Positions 21,331-34,499 of a stretch of DNA of 64,000 bases are shown here, piece by piece. The DNA lies in the NCBI GenBank assembly GCA_039810225.1, contig JBDHWM010000005.1, forward strand, positions 519 to 64,518. The letters are read 5' to 3'. Source of the DNA: Caldilinea sp. (GTDB taxonomy: Bacteria > Chloroflexota > Anaerolineae > Caldilineales > Caldilineaceae). Numbering within the stretch: position 1 is the first letter of the stretch; every line of letters begins with the position of its first letter. The notes under the pieces are model-generated. The model saw only the letters and a program-made list of their open reading frames with translations. It had not been told where the DNA came from and searched no databases. The translations under genes were made by a program, and so were the position numbers.

Positions 21331-21638
21331 CCATCGACCTTGATGTCATTGGGCAGGGCCCCGTCCGCAGTTGCCGCAGAGCCCTGCCCACCCCACCCCT
21401 CCACTCCGCCCGAAGGCGTCCATTCCCTGCGTTCCGACAACGACGATCGCCGCCTTTTCCCGGCGCCTGTGCCATCCGTCAATCGTCCCACTTTGTAGCT
21501 CTCATTTTCAGACAAAGCGCCGCTGATTCGCAGCGCGTGACGTGCTACGCTTGAAGGCAGGCAATTCGTAAACCGGCCTGCATTTGCCTGGCTCGTCACT
21601 GCCAACATACGAAACGTGTTACCTAGCGGAGGAAATCA

Positions 21639-22817
21639 ATGAAACGGCTCTTTATCGCAATTGGCATTACGCTGCTACTCCTGGCGATTCCGGCAGCGAT
21701 TGTGATGTCCGCCACAAACGCAGTGTGGAACAAATATACCGGCAACCCGATCATGTTCTACGGACCGCCGGCGGGTTGGGACGATTTCAGTATCTATTCG
21801 ACGGAGGTCATGTTCTGGGATCACAATGACGCAGACCCCAGCAACGACGAATTCTACATGTGGTATTCGGGCACATCCTACAACCTGAACGAGAAGAACA
21901 TCGGCTTCGCGACCTCAAAGGATGGGATGACCTGGACGAAGTATGCAGGCAACCCGGTACTCGTGGTGAGCGCATTCGGTGAATGGGATCACGATCGCAT
22001 CAGTGCACCCAGCGTCCTCTACGACCCGGACGACAATATGTGGAAGATGTGGTACGCAGGCGTCTCGATCTATAACGGCGGGTATGCGATCGGCTACGCC
22101 ACGTCGCCCGACGGCAGAAACTGGACGAAATACGACGACCGCTGGGTCTTTGACTCCTCCGGCTACGCTGATACCTTTGACGGCTACAGCGTGCTCTCGC
22201 CGGAGGTCATCAAGAAAGACGGCAAGTTCCACATGTGGTATGCCGGCAACGGTGGCATCGCCAGCAACCAGATTGGCTACGCAGTTTCAAAGGACGGCAT
22301 TGACTGGGAGCGAGTAAGTAACGACCCGGTATTGAGCGTTGGGCCGGAGGGCGCATGGGACGAGGGTGAGACGGTATCGCCGGCCATCATCGTTGACAAA
22401 CAGGGGACGATCCACATGTGGTACCAGGGCAGCGACGGTCACAAGACTTTTACCGGCATCGGCCATGCCACCTCGACTGATGGCGTGCACTGGCAGAAGG
22501 ATGGCGCCAATCCCCTGATGGTTGGTGAGAACCTGGGCGAATGGGACGCGGAACGTGTCTTCTATCCCACCGTGGCGGAGGATGCCATTGGACGCCGCTA
22601 CCTGTGGTATCACGCCCGCCGCGAGAACATGGACACGATTCCATTCAAGCTGGGCCTGGCGTTCTACGACTTTGAGTTTGAGCCGACGCCGACGCCGACG
22701 CCACTGCCCGGCGTCACGCCGCCGCCGCCGCCCGTCGACCCGGTGATTCCAGCCGACGGCGAGACGTGCCGGCAGGGGTCAAATAGCTGCCTGTTCCTGC
22801 CAAGTGTCAAGCGCTAA
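21639..22817 (+). CDS. Secreted five-bladed beta-propeller glycoside hydrolase-like protein (GH32/43/130 clan-like)
   Basis: Repeats of MWY.G...IG[FYH]A[TV]S.DG..W.K...NPVL...GEWD; signal peptide; PT linker. Confidence 0.75.
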   Translation: MKRLFIAIGITLLLLAIPAAIVMSATNAVWNKYTGNPIMFYGPPAGWDDFSIYSTEVMFWDHNDADPSNDEFYMWYSGTSYNLNEKNIGFATSKDGMTWTKYAGNPVLVVSAFGEWDHDRISAPSVLYDPDDNMWKMWYAGVSIYNGGYAIGYATSPDGRNWTKYDDRWVFDSSGYADTFDGYSVLSPEVIKKDGKFHMWYAGNGGIASNQIGYAVSKDGIDWERVSNDPVLSVGPEGAWDEGETVSPAIIVDKQGTIHMWYQGSDGHKTFTGIGHATSTDGVHWQKDGANPLMVGENLGEWDAERVFYPTVAEDAIGRRYLWYHARRENMDTIPFKLGLAFYDFEFEPTPTPTPLPGVTPPPPPVDPVIPADGETCRQGSNSCLFLPSVKR

Positions 22818-22846
22818 TCGCCCGGCGCTTTCCTCTCTTTTCCTCT

Positions 22847-22884
22847 GGCCAGACCGGGTGAGCACCGGTCTGGCCCTTCTTTTT
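22847..22884 (+). terminator. Rho-independent terminator between convergent genes
   Basis: GGCCAGACCGG-GTGAGCA-CCGGTCTGGCC followed by CTTCTTTTT. Confidence 0.7.
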
Positions 22885-22902
22885 GATGCAGCAACTGGTA
22901 AC

Positions 22903-25900
22903 CTACTCGTAGCGCAAGGCGTCGGCAGGATAGATACGAGCGGCCTGCCACGCCGGCGCGATGGTCGTGAGCAGCGAGAAGAGATAGGCAGCAAGCACGA
23001 TGAGCACGACCTGGAGCCAAGGAGTACTCACTGCGCTCTCCCCAATCTGTGGGAAGAAGGCGAGCACCAGGTTGTCGCCCAGCACCATGCCTGTCAGCGC
23101 GCCGATGACCAATCCCGTGATCGAAACGAAGCTCGACTCGATGAGGAAGCTCAGCGCGACCATCCCCTTCTGATAGCCGAGCGCTCGCAACATGCCAACC
23201 TGCTGGCGCCGCTCGTAGACGGAACGCGTCGAGATGACACCCAGCGCGGCGATGCCGACGAGCAGGCCGAGCGCCATGAAGCCTTGGAGCAATTGCAGCG
23301 CGCCGCCGGTCAGGCGCTGGCGCTGGGCAAAGCGTTCGGCAAGCACCGCAGCGTCGAGACCGCTCGATACGAACGCACGCTCGATCTCGCCGGCAACGGC
23401 GCGGGCATCCAGCCCTGGAGCAACCTTGACGTAGATACTGTCGCCCGCCACCGGCACGCTGCGCAGGCGGCTCAGCGCCGCCTCGCTGCCGATGAGGGTC
23501 GACTCGACCAGGTTGGTGTTTTCAGCCAGTACGCCGATCACCTGCACGCGGTGGGTGCGCTGCACGCCGTCGGCCCCGTCTGTGGTCAACTCCAGATAGA
23601 GTTCCGGCAACGCGGTGTCCAGTGTGATCTCGCTCAGCCGCAGTGGCGGAGCAGCAAACGCCTCGCGCTGCCGCTCGCGCCGCGCCTCGGCGGCCTCGGC
23701 ATCCGGTCCGATGGCGAACGAAATCTCCTCATCGTCGTCGCCACCCCCGGACGAAGTGCTGAACAATGGCGACGACGGCTTGGCGAATAGTTCCGGTTTG
23801 GCGATGACCACATCGTCGCGCTCTACAAGCGCTTGCCACACAGCGGCATCATCGGCAAAGCCGGCCGCACGACTCTGCAGGCGATAGATGGCCTGCGCAC
23901 CGGTCACGTAGCCACCATTGACGCCGGCCATGCTCGTCGGTGCGATCGCAGCACTGCTGTCCGCCGCCCTTCCCATCATGGGCTGCTCGGTCACCAGGCC
24001 GACTGCCGCGATCTGGCTGCTCACCGGGTCGTCAGGAATGGCGGCGAGCGCGGCCGGGAAGTCATTCACGGGGTTGAAGAAGCTGAGCAGGGTCGGCGAC
24101 ACCTGGATGTCGAAGCCGGCCGTCTGGCGATCGTCCAGACGTGTCAGCGATTGCGTCGTGTTGATGACGACGGCCATGACGACGACTGTCGCCATGATCA
24201 TGGCAAAGAGCACCATGGTCATACCCGTGCGGAAGCGGCTGCTCAGCGGGTAGGCGATGGCCGTGCGCAGCACCGGGCGCAGCGACGGGATGAAGCCGAG
24301 GATCGCGCTGAAGATTGAACTGATGACGTTGGCATTGAACATGATCACCAGAATCGCGCCGATGATGATCATGGGGCCGCCAAAGGTGAAGACCGTGGGC
24401 GCTTGCGTCGGATCCCAGGCAAAGCGTTCCGGGAACCACTGCGGCGCAAGGCTATACCACGGCGGCACCCAGGTGATGAGCAGGCCCAGCCCGAGCAACG
24501 TATAGACGATGCGGTAGCCGGTCTCATTGCGGATAGGCGTCAACTCCAACACGCGGCCAATGAGCGCAGTCAGGCCGTAGAGTGCGACCGTCGCTCCGAT
24601 CATGACCAGGCTCAGCGAGTTGGTTGACAGCGCGTTATAGAGCAGGTAGCCGGCGCCGGCCAGCACGGCCAGCGGCCAGAGCCACGTCAGCAGGTTGGCA
24701 AACCACGAGCGCCGTTTTGCCTCGGATTCGTCGGAGAGGCCGCGGATGGCAGTGGCCACATTCATGCGCGTCACACGCCAGGAGGAGAGGGTCATCGCCA
24801 GCCAGGTGATGAGCACGCCCAGACAATACGCCACCACCACCGACTGCCACGACATGTTGAAGCTCACGGCAAAGATGCCGCCGGCCTGGGCATTGATCTG
24901 GCCGGTGACGTCGTTGAAGAGGCGGCCGATGAATTGCGTCATTGTGAAGGTGATGGCGATGCCGAGCAGGATGCCCAGTGCGGCGGCCAGCAGGTTGTAG
25001 ACCATGCCCTCGGCCATAAAGGTCTGCACGATCTGCCCGCGCTGCACGCCGATCGCCCGCGAAATGCCGATCTCGACGCGGCGTTCGGCCGCCAGCATGA
25101 CAAAGATGAGGACGATGAGCAGGATGGCCGCCAGAATCGAGAAGACACCGAAGACGCTGAAGACGGTGGCGAAGATGCCGCCGCCCACGTTGGCCGCCGA
25201 GACGATGGTCGTCTTGTTGAGCGGCTCGATCTGCTCGAACTGGTTGAGATTTGCCACCGCGGTGGCAAAGTCGCGGCTGACCGCGTCGGGCACCTCGAGC
25301 ATCAGCAGCCACTCGCGCACCGTCGGTTGGGCCAGCAATTCGCGCAGGCCGGGGGTATCCTGGCCGTCGGCCGCTGCGGCCAGCAGCGCCTCAGCATTCT
25401 GGCGCGTCATCTGCTCGATGTTGAACATACTGATCACGTTCTCGAGGATTCCCGCCAGCATAGGCGGCACGTCGGCATCCTCGATCTGCACCTCGCCGGT
25501 GTCGGGCAGGTCGGCTGCCAGTTGCTCGACAATCGCACGCACGTCGGAGCGGGCCAGCACCGTGGCGATGGTAGCGACAGCGTCGCCGTCCAGCGCCAGC
25601 ACGCGCAGCCGCTTGCTGACTGCCGCGGTGTGTTCCATGCCGGTCATCTCGTCGCCGACGTTGGAGACGAGCACCGAGTTCACCTTACCCGGCATGAAGA
25701 GCAGTTGCTGGGCTTCGTCCAACCGCAACATCACCACAGGCGTCAGCGCGCTCAGCGGCCCGGCCTGGTCGACGACGGCGCGCACGCGGAAGCGCACCGG
25801 CAGCGGGCCGATGTAAATCTCGACGAGATCGCCGGTGGTGGCGTTGAGACGCTCGGCGCCCAGCCGGTTCAGGTAGAGATCACCCTGGCGCAGTTGCAGG

Positions 25901-27081
25901 CCGAACTGGCCCAGCGTGTTGTCGAGCTCATAGCCCAACGTGTTGAGGTTGATGACGCGCAACAGGTCGGTAGCCAGGCCACCCAGCGAACCGGCGGCAC
26001 CGGCTGCGGACAATTGCGATGGGTCGATTTCGAGCGCGGAGACGGTGCCGGTGGTCGTCTGCGTGCCGGTCACGACGCCGGCCAGCGGAATCGAGACGGT
26101 GTCGGTCAGCACAGTGCTTTCATCGGCCGCGGGCTGAACGGACTGGAGCAGCGCGGCCAGTTCTTGCAGCGTCAGGCTCTCTTTGCCGAGCGCGCGCAGC
26201 GGCGCCGTGTTGACGCCGAGCGAGTCAAGCGTATCGAGACTGATGGCGATGTCGGGCAGCGACGCCGGATCGACGGTGGTGAAGAGCGCGCCGAGACCGG
26301 CCAGCGCCTGCACGACATCGAGGCTGGTCGCGCCTTCGCCCGCCGGCAATTGCGCCTGCACCTGGTTGAACTGCTCCGCCAGCGCCGGCACAACGGCGAA
26401 GAGGTTGCTGGCCTGCACGAAGATGTTGCCGACGCCGGGCTGTAGCGTATCCATGGTGAGCGGCTTGCCGTCGACGGTGGAAAGGCCGAAATCCTCGGCA
26501 TAGGTGTTATCCACGGCAAAGATGAAGCCCAACGGCTCGCTCTGCCCGGTGCTCACATTGCGGATGATGGTCGGGAAGACAATCGAACCGGCCACACCAT
26601 CGATGAGCGGCTCCTGTGCGGCAGCGGCCTGCAACTGGGTGAGCCGGTCGGTGCCGATGGAAGGCAGGCCGCCCTGTGCCAGGGCAAGCACGCTGTCCAG
26701 ACCACCCTCCATCAACCCTTGAACCGTTGCCTGCGTCTGTTCGGCCTGCTCAGGATCGACGTTGGGGTTGACCATGCTCGCAAACATGGAGAGCAAGGGC
26801 GGCGCGATGATTTCGTCTACCCTGCCGTAGGCGGAAACCGCCTGCTTCTGCACGGAGTAGCGTAGTGTGTCGCCGACACCCAGCGAACTGATGATGATGA
26901 TCGTGCTGAGCGTCAGGCCGATGATGATGAGCACGCTCTGGCCGGGACGGCGCGCGAGATTGCGCAGCCCCAGTTTCATCAGAACCGGATTGCGCAGCCA
27001 TAGAAACGCCAAATAGAGCAGGATGGCGGTGACGGCGCCAACGAGAAAGGCAATCGTGCCGGTGGAGAGGTTACCAAGCAT
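22903..27081 (-). CDS. Large FtsX/MacB-family ABC transporter permease (two FtsX domains)
   Basis: [42 protein letters not shown]-terminal PADALRYE. Confidence 0.88.
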   Translation of the reverse strand: MLGNLSTGTIAFLVGAVTAILLYLAFLWLRNPVLMKLGLRNLARRPGQSVLIIIGLTLSTIIIISSLGVGDTLRYSVQKQAVSAYGRVDEIIAPPLLSMFASMVNPNVDPEQAEQTQATVQGLMEGGLDSVLALAQGGLPSIGTDRLTQLQAAAAQEPLIDGVAGSIVFPTIIRNVSTGQSEPLGFIFAVDNTYAEDFGLSTVDGKPLTMDTLQPGVGNIFVQASNLFAVVPALAEQFNQVQAQLPAGEGATSLDVVQALAGLGALFTTVDPASLPDIAISLDTLDSLGVNTAPLRALGKESLTLQELAALLQSVQPAADESTVLTDTVSIPLAGVVTGTQTTTGTVSALEIDPSQLSAAGAAGSLGGLATDLLRVINLNTLGYELDNTLGQFGLQLRQGDLYLNRLGAERLNATTGDLVEIYIGPLPVRFRVRAVVDQAGPLSALTPVVMLRLDEAQQLLFMPGKVNSVLVSNVGDEMTGMEHTAAVSKRLRVLALDGDAVATIATVLARSDVRAIVEQLAADLPDTGEVQIEDADVPPMLAGILENVISMFNIEQMTRQNAEALLAAAADGQDTPGLRELLAQPTVREWLLMLEVPDAVSRDFATAVANLNQFEQIEPLNKTTIVSAANVGGGIFATVFSVFGVFSILAAILLIVLIFVMLAAERRVEIGISRAIGVQRGQIVQTFMAEGMVYNLLAAALGILLGIAITFTMTQFIGRLFNDVTGQINAQAGGIFAVSFNMSWQSVVVAYCLGVLITWLAMTLSSWRVTRMNVATAIRGLSDESEAKRRSWFANLLTWLWPLAVLAGAGYLLYNALSTNSLSLVMIGATVALYGLTALIGRVLELTPIRNETGYRIVYTLLGLGLLITWVPPWYSLAPQWFPERFAWDPTQAPTVFTFGGPMIIIGAILVIMFNANVISSIFSAILGFIPSLRPVLRTAIAYPLSSRFRTGMTMVLFAMIMATVVVMAVVINTTQSLTRLDDRQTAGFDIQVSPTLLSFFNPVNDFPAALAAIPDDPVSSQIAAVGLVTEQPMMGRAADSSAAIAPTSMAGVNGGYVTGAQAIYRLQSRAAGFADDAAVWQALVERDDVVIAKPELFAKPSSPLFSTSSGGGDDDEEISFAIGPDAEAAEARRERQREAFAAPPLRLSEITLDTALPELYLELTTDGADGVQRTHRVQVIGVLAENTNLVESTLIGSEAALSRLRSVPVAGDSIYVKVAPGLDARAVAGEIERAFVSSGLDAAVLAERFAQRQRLTGGALQLLQGFMALGLLVGIAALGVISTRSVYERRQQVGMLRALGYQKGMVALSFLIESSFVSITGLVIGALTGMVLGDNLVLAFFPQIGESAVSTPWLQVVLIVLAAYLFSLLTTIAPAWQAARIYPADALRYE

Positions 27082-27100
27082 TATAGAATCCTTTCCCAGC

Positions 27101-27805
27101 TCAGGCGCTGCCGGCCATCTCGGCCGGCAGGGTGACGATCTGGCCATCCTTCATCTGGATGATGCGATCGCATAGGGCGGCGATGTCGGAATCATGGGTG
27201 ACGATGACGAAGGTTTGGCCGTGTTCCTCGTTGAGCGTGCGCATCAGGGAGAGCACGTCATCGGCCGACTTGCTGTCCAGTGCGCCGGTCGGTTCGTCGG
27301 CCCAGACGATGGCCGGGTTGTTGACCAGCGCCCGCGCAATCGTCACGCGCTGGCGCTGTCCGCCGGAAAGCTCGGCCGGGCGGTGGTCGGCGCGGTCGGC
27401 CAGACCTACCTGGTCGAGCACTTCCAGCGCGCGCTTGCGCGCGGCGCTCGGCCGCGTTCCGCCGACGAGCAGCGGCAGCTCCACATTCTCCGCCGCCGAG
27501 ATGACGGGCAGGAGATTGTAGGTCTGGAAGATGAAGCCCATGCGCTGGGCGCGGTAGAGCGTGCGCTTCTTGTCGCTCATGGTACGCAGTTGCGTGCCGT
27601 CGATATAGACCTCGCCCTGGTCGAAGTCATCCAGCCCGGAAAGGCAGTTGAGCAGCGTGGTTTTGCCGCAGCCCGATGGCCCCATGATGGCGACCATCTC
27701 GCCGGGTTGCACGGCCACGTCGACGCCGCGCAGCGCATGCACCTCGATCTTGCCGGTGCGGAACCACTTCTGAACGCCTTCGGCGGCGATGATTGCTTGA
27801 TCCAT
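27101..27805 (-). CDS. ABC transporter ATP-binding protein (LolD/MacB-like)
   Basis: [31 protein letters not shown]. Confidence 0.95.
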   Translation of the reverse strand: MDQAIIAAEGVQKWFRTGKIEVHALRGVDVAVQPGEMVAIMGPSGCGKTTLLNCLSGLDDFDQGEVYIDGTQLRTMSDKKRTLYRAQRMGFIFQTYNLLPVISAAENVELPLLVGGTRPSAARKRALEVLDQVGLADRADHRPAELSGGQRQRVTIARALVNNPAIVWADEPTGALDSKSADDVLSLMRTLNEEHGQTFVIVTHDSDIAALCDRIIQMKDGQIVTLPAEMAGSA

Positions 27806-27908
27806 TCGTCAACCTCCTGTATGCTCAAGGCTACCAGACCGCTAGTTGCGGCCCGTTATTTGCTTGTCTGATTTACCAATTCTGTACGCTGCGGAGCAGA
27901 TTGCCCAA

Positions 27909-28322
27909 ATGATCCGTTTTGTCGACTCTATCGGGGACACTACGCCGGAACAACTGCAAGGTTTCTTTGCCGGCTGGCCCAACCCGCCTTCGCCGCAGAC
28001 TCATCTGCACATTCTGCAGAACAGCGCGGCGATTGAACTCGCCGTTGACGACGACAGCGGCCAGGTCGTCGGCTTCATCAACGCGCTGAGCGACGGCATC
28101 CTCACGGCCTACATCCCACTCCTGGAAGTGCTGCCCGACTACCAGGGGCAAGGCATTGGGCGCACGCTGGTGGAGCGAATGCTGGCGCGGCTGAGCGATC
28201 TGTACGCCGTCGACCTGCTGTGCGATCCGGAACTCCAGCGCTTCTACGCCCAGGCCGGCATGCGCCCAGCCACCGGCATGCTGCTGCGCAACTATGCCCG
28301 TCAGTCTGGCGCAGATTCATAG
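27909..28322 (+). CDS. GNAT family N-acetyltransferase
   Basis: LEVLPDYQGQGIG motif A; FYAQAG. Confidence 0.85.
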   Translation: MIRFVDSIGDTTPEQLQGFFAGWPNPPSPQTHLHILQNSAAIELAVDDDSGQVVGFINALSDGILTAYIPLLEVLPDYQGQGIGRTLVERMLARLSDLYAVDLLCDPELQRFYAQAGMRPATGMLLRNYARQSGADS

Positions 28323-28326
28323 CTCA

Positions 28327-30393
<2,067 letters not shown>

Positions 30394-30527
30394 GGCACTT
30401 TCCTTTCGCCTGGCACATGGTTGCCCATGCTCAAGTCGCGGTGGCTGGGCCGCTCGGAGATGTAGCCGGCCCAGCCGTCAGGATAGTGCCAACCTGCTCG
30501 ATGTGCAACCTTGCAGGTAAGTTGGCG

Positions 30528-31313
30528 CTACGGCACTTCCTGTCCCACGAAGTCGACCGTGACGGTGACGCCATCCGTGACGCGCAGGATCCCGGCGATG
30601 TCCGGCGGGTCGAAGCCGTAATCCTTCATGTAGAAAAAGGTGGTTGCCGTGCCTGAGAGCGTGTCGCCCTCGATACGCGCCGTCATGTCCCACGTCAGCG
30701 GGTTGGTCACCTCGCGGATGGTCATGTCGCCGCTGACCTGGAAGGTGACATCCTGGCCGTACCCCGCATCGGCCGGCACGTTGAGCGCGTCGGTGGCAAC
30801 GAAGGTGGCAATGGGATAGCGGCTCGACTGAAGCCAGCGGTCGCGAATCGCCTGGTCACGGCGCGGGCGATCGCTGGTCAGCGTGCTGATGTCGGCCTCA
30901 AAGGCGCCGCTCTCAATCTGCACGCTGTTGCCGTCGATCTGGAGCACAACCGAGCCATTGAGTGCGCTCGTCTTGCCGATCGCCGTCACAAAGGGAACGG
31001 CCTGGCCGAAGAATTCTTCTTCGACGAAGTACTGCATGCTGGATTGTTCGGGCACGAGTTGGAAGGTGCGTGTACCGGCTGTGTCGCCCGTCTGTTCCTC
31101 GGCCGGCGGCGGCGTTGCCTCGGCGACCTGATCCGCCGGGTCTGGTTGCGGCATCTCGACACCTTCGCTGGCCGCGGATTCGGCGGGCGCAGCCGCTTCC
31201 TCTGCAGCGGGGGCGGCCTCGGACGCAGCAGGTGCGGCGCTCTGCCCGGCGCAGGCGGCGATGCCCGCGGCCAACAGCACAAAAAGTATCGTCACAATCA
31301 CCAGTCGTTTCAT
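30528..31313 (-). CDS. YceI family lipoprotein
   Basis: Lipobox IAAC; LTSDRPRRD, YPIATF, GDMTIREVT. Confidence 0.85.
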   Translation of the reverse strand: MKRLVIVTILFVLLAAGIAACAGQSAAPAASEAAPAAEEAAAPAESAASEGVEMPQPDPADQVAEATPPPAEEQTGDTAGTRTFQLVPEQSSMQYFVEEEFFGQAVPFVTAIGKTSALNGSVVLQIDGNSVQIESGAFEADISTLTSDRPRRDQAIRDRWLQSSRYPIATFVATDALNVPADAGYGQDVTFQVSGDMTIREVTNPLTWDMTARIEGDTLSGTATTFFYMKDYGFDPPDIAGILRVTDGVTVTVDFVGQEVP

Positions 31314-31508
31314 TGAATCGATCCTTTCCTGCAAACGGTTTTGACGCGCTCACTGTGCGTGAATTGGCCCGCGCCGTCTGTCGGTTGCCTCACGATCGAC
31401 CCGGCAGCGCGCTGCCACAGACATCTACGGCAGGTGCTCCCAGCGATGCAACAGCTTGGCCCTTCGATGCACACCACATATACTCTTGCAGCGGAAAGGC
31501 AGGCGCAC

Positions 31509-32468
31509 GTGATCGAAAACCTATTGGATCCGATTGTTCTCTTCTTTGTTGCCGGGTTGGGTGCAGGGCTGCTGCGGTCAGATCTGCGGTTACCCGACGC
31601 GCTCTATCAGACGCTGAGCATTTATCTGCTCTTGTCGATTGGGCTGAAAGGTGGTGTGGAACTGGCGCAGGCACCGTTGCCGACGTTGCTGGCGCCGGCC
31701 GCGGCGACTCTCCTCCTCGGCATAACGATTCCTATCGTGGCGTTCGTGATCCTGCAAAAGGTGGGGCGATTCAACCGGGCCGACGCAGCCGCGCTGGCGG
31801 CACACTATGGCTCAGTGAGTGCCGTCACCTTTGCGCTGGCGCTCGCCTATGCCGCCGAGCTCGGCGTCACGCACGAGGCGTACATGCCCGTTCTGCTCGT
31901 TCTGCTGGAAATCCCGGCCATTGCCATCGGCGTCCTGCTGGCGCGGCTGGGTGTGCGCGGGCGGCGCATTCGCTGGGGTGACCTGGCGCACGAGGTGTTT
32001 CTGGGCAAGGGTATCTTTCTCCTGTTGGCCGGGCTTGCCATCGGCTACCTTGCCGGCCCAGACCGCATGGGCAAGGTGGAGCCGCTCTTCGTCGATCTTT
32101 TTCCAGGCGCGTTGGCGCTCTTCTTGCTGGAAATGGGGATCGTCGCGTCACAACGTCTGTACGACCTGCGCCGCACGGGGCCGTTCCTGGTCGGCTTTGG
32201 CATACTCATGCCGCTGCTGTCGGCGAGCCTGGGGCTGGCGGCGGGCGTGTTGGCTGGGCTGTCGCCGGGTGGAACGGCGATCCTGGCGACATTGGCGGCG
32301 AGCGCTTCGTACATCGCTGCACCGGCCGCGATGCGTGTCGCCGTGCCCGAAGCCAACCCGACGCTCTATCTTACCGCCTCGCTGGGCATCACCTTCCCCT
32401 TCAACGTCGTCTTCGGCATCCCCATCTATTTCTGGATGGCCATGACTGTCTTCGGATGGCTAGGGTGA
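31509..32468 (+). CDS. sbtA: Sodium-dependent bicarbonate transport family permease (SbtA/DUF897)
   Basis: LLDPIVLFF, SIYLLLSIGLKGG, AHYGSVSAVTF, ASASYIAAPAAMR, GITFPFN. Confidence 0.88.
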   Translation: MIENLLDPIVLFFVAGLGAGLLRSDLRLPDALYQTLSIYLLLSIGLKGGVELAQAPLPTLLAPAAATLLLGITIPIVAFVILQKVGRFNRADAAALAAHYGSVSAVTFALALAYAAELGVTHEAYMPVLLVLLEIPAIAIGVLLARLGVRGRRIRWGDLAHEVFLGKGIFLLLAGLAIGYLAGPDRMGKVEPLFVDLFPGALALFLLEMGIVASQRLYDLRRTGPFLVGFGILMPLLSASLGLAAGVLAGLSPGGTAILATLAASASYIAAPAAMRVAVPEANPTLYLTASLGITFPFNVVFGIPIYFWMAMTVFGWLG

Positions 32469-32523
32469 TCGCCGAGCGCCAGTAGGCAATGCTCTGCGCC
32501 AGGATGCGGAGGTGTTGAGGGTT

Positions 32524-32558
32524 AAAAAGACCGGTGCAGTCTCTCGCTGCACCGGTCT
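32524..32558 (-). terminator. Rho-independent terminator
   Basis: AAAA-AGACCGGTGCAG-TCTCTCG-CTGCACCGGTCT. Confidence 0.7.
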
Positions 32559-32590
32559 GGAATTGCTCTGCGTGCGGCCGTTCGCCCGCC

Positions 32591-33325
32591 CTATTGCGCC
32601 GTAGCAACGAAGGCAAGTTCCAGCCGCACCTCTTCGGTGACATCCGCCACGCCGGGCGCGCTGGGAATCCGCAGGTCGTAGGTGGCACGCTGGATCGTCG
32701 CCTGCGCCAGCCCACTGATCTGTGTATCGCTGTCGGCCGTCACGCTCACATCGAAGGTGACCGGCGCCGTGATGTCACGGATCGTCAGATCGCCGTTGAC
32801 GGTGAACGCGAAGGTATCGCCGGCAGCAGCATTGGCGGGCAGCCCCTCGATGGATGTCGGCGTGAAGGTGATGAACTGATACTTGTCGTCGGCTGATTGC
32901 AGGATGAAGCGCCGGATGGCCCGATCACGCAGGTTGCGATCGGTCTTGAGTTCGCGTGCATTGATGACAATCGGGCTCAAGACCGTGCTGGCCGGCGCAT
33001 TCGGGTCGATTTCGATCGTGCCCTCCACCTGGTTCGTGGCGCCGGTTACCTCAGTGGGCGCGCCGAGCAGCACCTCGTTGATGATGAAGCGCGCCTCCGA
33101 CTGGGCGGGGTCGATGACGAAGGTGCGCGGCTCGGCGGCCGGCGCCCCTGACTCGGGTTGTTGTACACCCTCGTCAGTCGCCGCAGCCGATGTGGCGGTC
33201 GGTGGCACGGGTGTTGCCGTTGGCGGAGCCACGGTCGGCGTGGCGGCCGGCGTCTCACCGCCGCAGGCAGCGACCATCAGCAACAGGACGGCGACGAGCG
33301 CCCAACGCAATGCACGAAAGAGCAT
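32591..33325 (-). CDS. YceI family lipoprotein
   Basis: Lipobox VAAC; FVIDPAQSEARF, LKTDRNLRD, GDLTIRDIT. Confidence 0.85.
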   Translation of the reverse strand: MLFRALRWALVAVLLLMVAACGGETPAATPTVAPPTATPVPPTATSAAATDEGVQQPESGAPAAEPRTFVIDPAQSEARFIINEVLLGAPTEVTGATNQVEGTIEIDPNAPASTVLSPIVINARELKTDRNLRDRAIRRFILQSADDKYQFITFTPTSIEGLPANAAAGDTFAFTVNGDLTIRDITAPVTFDVSVTADSDTQISGLAQATIQRATYDLRIPSAPGVADVTEEVRLELAFVATAQ

Positions 33326-33346
33326 ATCGTTCGTTCCTCGAAACCC

Positions 33347-34324
33347 TTATTCGGACGCCACGGGCGGCAGGCTCTTGAGATACTGGGCAATCGCCAGCGC
33401 GTCGGCCTCGGTCAGGCGGCTGGTGCCATTGTCGATGATACCCTTCATGGGCCCCTCGACCGGCGTACCATCGTCATAGATGCCGGTGAGCAGGAAGTTG
33501 GCAATCTGCGCTTCGGTCAAGAAGCTGAGGTTGGAGGACTCATCCGGCGTCAGGTTGGGTGCAATGGTGTCTTGAAGCGGCGCGCCGGCCAGGAGACGAG
33601 TCGTGTCCGGGGCGCCGTTCTCGCCGCGCGGGGTATGACAACCGCCACACTTGGCAATTGCCACAATATACTCGCCGCGCTCCACACCCTCGGTTGGAGC
33701 AGTCGCCGGCGGCGGATTGGCTGGCGTAAAGGCAGCCGGTGGCGATGCAAGCTCGCTAGCGGGCACGGCGTTCACCACAGGGGGCACCATCTTCAGCGCT
33801 GCGGCCAAATCGTAGGCATCCTGGTCGGAGAGCGCACTCCACGCCATGTAAGGCATGATCGGGTGCAACTGGCTGCCATCCGGGCGCACACCTAGCCGCA
33901 GCGCGTTGACGATATCGGTCTCGCTCCAGGTGCCGATTCCCGTTTCGGGATCCGAGGTGATGTTTGGCACATAGATGACGCCAAAGGGTCCCTCGAACTT
34001 GTTGCCGCCGGCCGGCGCGCCCAGGTCACGGTTGAAGTGACAGCCGCAGCCGGTCGTCATGGCGAAGATGTAACCGCCTCGCTCGGGATCGCCCACCATG
34101 GCAACTTCCTCAGCGGCGACTTCGGTAGCTGCCTCCTCGGCAACGGCCTCAGTTGCCGCCGGGACCGCGGTCGCCGTCTCGGTAGCCGCGGCACTCTCGG
34201 CCGGCGCTTCGACAGGCGCGCACGCAACCAGGATCGCGGCCAGGGCCAGCAGCGCTCCGATTACGACTCCCCACTGCACCAGCACGTTGCGACGGTGAGC
34301 ATGTCTCGATTCTTCCAGGTGCAT
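33347..34324 (-). CDS. Di-domain cytochrome c lipoprotein (gluconate/alcohol dehydrogenase cytochrome subunit-like)
   Basis: ERGGY..CGCH, PNITSDPETGIGTWS, HPIMPY, ERGEY..CGGCHTPR, APNLTP. Confidence 0.85.
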   Translation of the reverse strand: MHLEESRHAHRRNVLVQWGVVIGALLALAAILVACAPVEAPAESAAATETATAVPAATEAVAEEAATEVAAEEVAMVGDPERGGYIFAMTTGCGCHFNRDLGAPAGGNKFEGPFGVIYVPNITSDPETGIGTWSETDIVNALRLGVRPDGSQLHPIMPYMAWSALSDQDAYDLAAALKMVPPVVNAVPASELASPPAAFTPANPPPATAPTEGVERGEYIVAIAKCGGCHTPRGENGAPDTTRLLAGAPLQDTIAPNLTPDESSNLSFLTEAQIANFLLTGIYDDGTPVEGPMKGIIDNGTSRLTEADALAIAQYLKSLPPVASE

Positions 34325-34499
34325 AAATCTGTTCTCCTCCTAGCTTGTGTTCCGACGGTCGATGTGAGGTCGGGGCCGGCAATCGCCGTTGATGCGGGAA
34401 CCCTTGTGCATTGTAACGCACAGCCAGGCTGGAATGGATTGGCACACAATGATTAAATGTCGAATTATCGCGCTGCGTAGGAAAAGCGTAGGATTCGCG

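Noticed and set aside
21331-21638. Riboswitch in the 300-bp intergenic region
   Set aside because: No recognisable aptamer consensus by eye; an Infernal/Rfam scan would be needed.
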